From: Phoronis australis
Taxonomy: Eukaryota; Animalia; Phoronida
Assembly (NCBI GenBank): GCA_002633005.1
Contig: NMRA01000306.1
Span: forward strand, 1 to 64,000
Direction: 5' to 3'
Length of the DNA stretch: 64,000 nt
Shown in pieces: positions 60,301 through 64,000 of this stretch. Below the pieces are notes generated by a model, which was given only the letters and a program-made list of their open reading frames with translations, had not been told where the DNA came from and searched no databases. The position numbers and the translations under genes were made by a program. The first letter of the stretch is position 1; every line of letters begins with the position of its first letter.

Positions 60301-62694
60301 GTTGACTTTCAACAGGGTGCATCCACATCATAGCCTCTTCAAACAGCACGCAGTTTCGTCAGCCTTGAAAACAGTCCCGGCGAAGGAACAGCACTCTAAC
60401 AACAAACTATGGTGCAACTGCAAATGGGGACAACCCCCGGATTGCGGACCGGATAAGCACCTCGGAATTAGAGAACTGTTGAGTGTGACCAAAGACGAAA
60501 CAGATCTCACTAGCTCGTTGCTGACGCCAAAAGAATACCAAACAAAGTACAAATTGTGCACGTGTCACGCTTAATTTAGAAGCCTTTTGCACTTTAACAT
60601 CTCAAGCTTATGGAAGTTTCTGTAGGCCTATTTGGCAATTAAAAACACGTATATTCGTTTTGCATAGCCTGGACTTATAAATGCCGCTTCCACACGAAGA
60701 TTTCCAACTGCCGCCATTCCCTTTTAGTGATTGATGCCACTTCTTCTTACTTTCCAAATAACAAAATAAAGGTAGCTTTTTCTGAATTCGGTTTCACCAT
60801 TCGCTGTTTTGGTGAAACTTAACTGCCAAACAATAAAAATTTTGAACATGAAGTACGTTTAAAATGTCGATACAATAGTTCTGCTGTAAATTCGAAATAT
60901 TTCCTCCAGACTGAGTAAGAATGTGACGGTGACGTCACAGTGGTCGTCAACATCCAAGCCCAATCTGCCACTAGCCAGACGGGTACTGACACCTGGCGAA
61001 TGGAACAAATATTACAACGCCTGCCAAAATGCCATTGAGACGATCGCATTCTATGACGACTGCAGAAAGCTGGCTAGAAATGTAACGATGTTCATTGACC
61101 AGTGTATTCGAGATTACGCAGTGAGTTTTGGTTTATTTACAGAGATTAACATAGCGTTATGCGGCATACTTTGTATGAGCTATCTTTAAATGTGATCGTA
61201 ATTTAAAGCTGACATTCCAGCAATGACATAGAAGCACGAGGCTTCTGCTAATTCTTGAAACTATATTGAAAGCATGGAACGAAACATACAATTAGATACG
61301 TCTGTGAGTGGAAGGTCTTGTTAACTATAAAAAGTTGTTACATCTTCACCTTATTTATACATACACTTAGTTTTGAATGTCAGAAAATATTGTCAAATTG
61401 AATGAAAATGATACCTTACAAGAACACAAATTTAGTGAACAACGCAAACATGCTGTGTTTTTATCGTCTTAGATGACAAGAGACGACTTCGTTCTTCAGA
61501 ATATTAAATCAGTGTTTGAGCAAGAATGCAAACTGATTGCACTGACTCAGCAGCATACTTACGGACCAGGAAGAAATTTGTTTAACAAACTGCAGGGGAA
61601 CTTTTGCCCTGGCCAATGTCAAAGCCGAGGAGTTTGCACGAATGGCATTTGTTCGTGTTTTTCAGGTATGGGTGAAGTGACCGACTTTAATACAGCAATA
61701 GGGAGTTAAGTAAAATAAACTGAACGTGTACGTGTGTTGCAGACAACATTTGCGTTGGGTTTGTAGCGAACTATTTCGTAAAAAGCGATGTACAAACATC
61801 CGAGGACCTCATTAGACGTTCTTTGCCAGGACGGCCATTTTTAGACCCAAAACACAAGTGCTGCAAGTGCGGTGAGAAATCATCACTTATGGAAAGGAAA
61901 AAGTGAATTCAATCATATATTTCAAAATTCCAACCTCGCCAACCTGGTAATCACTTCTCTGGCTGCCATTTATCTATTAATCTAGTGAGCACATTTTCGC
62001 TTTTCACTCGCGTGATTTTACGTCATTGGTGGTCGTCCTTTTTGTAATATTCTTGCGTCTACGGAATGTACATCTGATCTGCACGAGCCCATACACATAC
62101 GAAACTTTTAAAATTCAATAATTCTTCAAAAATTCTTTTATTTGAATTGATTTCATTAATTTTTGTGAATATCCATGTTAGTTATGATTAGTGTTATCCT
62201 AGTCATCATCTTCGTCATAATCGGTATCTCTGTTGACATTTTACTGTTTCTAGTGCGCATGTCTGGATTGGGGAAATGTGGGAAATATGCATCCTCCAGT
62301 TGCCAGGCTCAGGAAAGTTTTCTTTAGGGAGGTGGAGGGGGCAAAACAGATGTGAGCCCACCTCCCCCCTATCACCACACCTTCGAGAATGCAAGGCTAT
62401 GAAAAGAAATATTTTCTGGCCGTTTTAATGCGGGCCAGCGCCATCCCCCAACTTCATGAATTGGGATTCGCNACGCTTCCCTCTTTGTAGCATATTTTAT
62501 AATGAGGAAAATATACGTTTACAGGATTCATCGGAAGCGACTGCTCAATTGTTAATGGCACACAACCAATAATCAAACGAGTTATCGGGCCTCGTGCCTG
62601 CGACAGACCCGAATGCCGTACGATTACAGTGGTAGGAGAAAATTTCGTAAATAATGAGCACGTGATGGGTATGGTGGAGGAATCTGTGAAAACG
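39371..62694 (+). CDS. von Willebrand factor D and EGF domain-containing (VWDE-like) secreted protein, partial; exons 39371-39416, 40277-40629, 53984-54124, 55590-55793, 59129-59370, 60316-60546, 60910-61120, 61473-61665, 62525-62694
   Basis: Signal-peptide-like MRYLVWWTVITGLSRA; VWD domain (SCNVTGNLYIRTLDG..YDF..VGTFVFY, EVQIR, DVIAFDMC, IYLPSGA, APPADF..TSGLCGYFDGN..NDF, FSTFWR); Cys-rich helical region; EGF CPGQCQSRGVCTNGICSCFSGFIGSDC; then CD..CRTITVVGENF. All junctions are GT-AG with compatible phases (1,0,0,0,2,2,0,1). The link across the 13-kb intron rests on phase and domain order. Confidence 0.88.
42841..44694 (+). repeat. ~1.85-kb segment duplicated at 50513-52356, including a 5'-truncated long MITE at about 43187-44106
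   Basis: Collinear high identity with indels, the same MITE right junction (CCACTG|ATACA), and an end exactly at a single N (44695). Confidence 0.9.
45068..45870 (-). repeat. Full LTR (803 bp, TGTCAGA...TCTGACA) with PPT upstream and a tRNA-Pro-type PBS downstream
   Basis: 7-bp terminal inverted repeats. Minus-strand GAGGAGGGG lies just before 45870 and TGGGGGCCAGTCCGGGA just after 45068 (canonical Pro PBS TGGGGGCTCGTCCGGGA). 45680-45870 is nearly identical to 49286-49474. Confidence 0.9.
45980..48108 (-). pseudogene. pol: Gypsy pol fragments: integrase core and GPY/F, then reverse transcriptase and RNase H
   Basis: ORFs 47857-48102, 47533-47805, 47146-47445 and 46087-46860 are consecutive pieces separated by stops or frameshifts (e.g. 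MLK*GVIEPS, GY*Q). Confidence 0.92.
48878..49285 (-). pseudogene. gag: Gypsy gag capsid fragment (SCAN-related, Gmr1-type)
   Basis: YDQLKVALLHRYELTEDGFRRKFRESKPEKGE, frameshift, QFGARLKRFFDRW...LRDLLIREQFL...FLRERKPKT. Confidence 0.85.
50513..52356 (+). repeat. Second copy of the 1.85-kb duplicated segment
   Basis: Matches 42841-44694. Confidence 0.9.
50925..51768 (+). mobile_element. Long non-autonomous DNA transposon (CATAGGCGGAT...ATCCGCCACTG) with perfect 5-bp TSD ATACA; hAT5-like
   Basis: ATACA at 50920-50924 and 51769-51773, 11-bp imperfect TIRs, three copies in the window. Confidence 0.88.
52976..53926 (-). mobile_element. Independent inverted insertion of the same long MITE (TSD TGATG/TGATC)
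   Basis: Reverse complement of 50925-51768 and 43187-44106 with different flanks; ends 57 bp before the VWDE-like exon at 53984. Confidence 0.88.
53163..53248 (-). promoter_or_regulatory. tRNA-like Pol III cassette (A box, B box, oligo-T) inside the long MITE
   Basis: Minus strand: TGGTGCAGTGG (53244-53234), GTTCGAGTC (53200-53192), then T-runs. Homologous copy at about 43819-43895. Confidence 0.5.
56135..57149. mobile_element. Non-autonomous element with ~115-bp TIRs, containing a nested CATGCGCGCAC-ended MITE (56590-56920)
   Basis: TGTTCCATAGAAACAGGAACCTCGGTGTAAAACAGATATCTCGGAGTC is the near-perfect reverse complement of GACTCCGAGATATCTGTTTTACACCGGGGTTCCTGTTTCGATGGAACA. The nested element has AAAAGGTCC subrepeats and a relative at about 59422-59630. 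Confidence 0.8.
57743..58242. mobile_element. Foldback-like MITE with ~170-200-bp arms made of ~20-bp subrepeats
   Basis: GGGAATCAACAATTGGTCGGACTTCAAAACCA / TGGTTTTGAAGTCCGACCAATTGTTGATTCCC perfect inverted termini; internal TGGYCGGAC.. repeats. Confidence 0.85.
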
Positions 62695-63115
62695 GTAAGG
62701 TTTAAGAGGATTTTACGGCTGGGGTGCACTTATCACTTGATAACAGAAAATGAATGGGAGGGATATAAAGCTATTATTGATTAAGAACGGAATTAAGATA
62801 GAAGGCGATTATCCCTTAATAAGATTTAACGTCCACAGTGAGGCATTTCTGAAATTAAAGCAGCTTTAAACTCACTTCCATAAAAAAACAAACTTTGAGA
62901 GCATTAACCGTTGAGACATTAGTCTCAGATTGTTATTTGGTCAAAGCTCAGGTGATTTCATATATTTCGCAAGAACTGGCAGGTTCGTTATTAGCAAAGA
63001 CCAGTCTCTACAATTTGGCTTATCACGGCGTGCCATTTTATGGACCGAGCATAGCTTCCATGAATTACAACCTCTCCGTCCTTTGCAAAGCCAGAAAGTA
63101 CTTCTCATCAGAGTG

Positions 63116-63252
63116 CAGTAGCGGATTTAAGGGAGGGGTATGGCCCCTTAAAATTCCGTTTGGAAGTACGGTGGTGCGAATGTCTGAAGGGCAAAATCCT
63201 GACTAATACTCTGCCCTGTCCCCCCTGACTCAAAATCCTGGATACGCCCCTG
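63116..63252. mobile_element. Short 5-bp-TSD MITE (CAGTAGCGGAT...ATACGCCCCTG)
   Basis: Flanks GAGTG/GATTG; same terminal motif as the other family members. Confidence 0.7.
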
Positions 63253-64000
63253 GATTGTGTAACAAGTTCCGATCCATTTTTGGCCGGTAAATGGTTTAAA
63301 TCAGAAGCTGGTTTCTTGGGGAGGATCGCGTTTATAGCCGGTTTAATTGATTATAGGTATGATAATTAGATATGCAAGCTCACGTGACTAACGTTTTCAG
63401 ATAATGCTGCATATTCTGGTTCTTTAACCTTTAATCAATTTATCCGGAGTAATTAATACACGAGTAGTAAAGAATTATCTAAATTGTCAAATTCGACTGC
63501 GCACGTGAATAACTGTAACAGGTGCCAATTTAGGACCGTCTATTGTAGCCTGGTCACTTCCAGTGTATGTGGCGTCAACAAATGATTAACTTTTTTCCAC
63601 CACCATTACTTACTACGGAGCTAAATGAAGAAGGATATTCCCAACGAAGACGAATGTTCCTAAATAAAGACGGATATTCCTAATGAAGACGAATATTCCT
63701 CATGAGGGTGGAAATTCCTAATCGGTGCCGAAATTGGATTTTGCCGAAGTCCTTGTTTCTCAGTTTCTTTAAATTCGGAAAAATGAAAATTTCATTGTTT
63801 CTTGTGGTCTGGATGCTGTCGTATTGGTAAAAACACACAAAATGTCTGCTCAAAATTTATTTTAATGAGCTTATATTCTAGACTTGAATAATGCTTTGCG
63901 ACAATCTCCATAAATCTTTTTGATAAACTGTGTACTTAAGATATGATACGACCTGGTGCTTGAAAATGTATCGTCACCGTTTCTTCCTTGAGAAAATTTA

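Noticed and set aside
62895-63206. Next VWDE-like exon
   Set aside because: Neither frame shows a motif I can tie to VWDE, and the ORF runs into a MITE at 63116.

Overview
AT-rich eukaryotic genomic scaffold, most likely a bilaterian invertebrate (taxon inferred, not shown), with GT-AG introns and two large N-gaps. I assembled three spliced genes by hand: ERGIC1 (minus strand, first 5 coding exons, running off the left edge), a complete 375-aa MAP-kinase phosphatase of the DUSP1/4/5 type (plus strand, divergent from ERGIC1), and a VWD/EGF secreted protein like VWDE (plus strand, 9 exons found, 3' end unresolved). Much of the remainder is transposon-derived: a Gmr1-type Gypsy element (integrase before RT) with a shared internal LTR, a Harbinger relic abutting a Kolobok MITE, a THAP-bearing Kolobok pseudo-transposase, and a MITE family with 5-bp TSDs whose long member carries a tRNA-like Pol III cassette. 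The most unusual signals lie in ERGIC1 introns: a 37-bp tandem repeat built from the exon-3 splice acceptor itself (7 decoy acceptors), split by a ~143-bp-period array of co-oriented CTCF-consensus motifs that recurs in intron 1. I see no evidence of a prokaryote-type system such as CRISPR. All family assignments come from motif recognition, not database searches.
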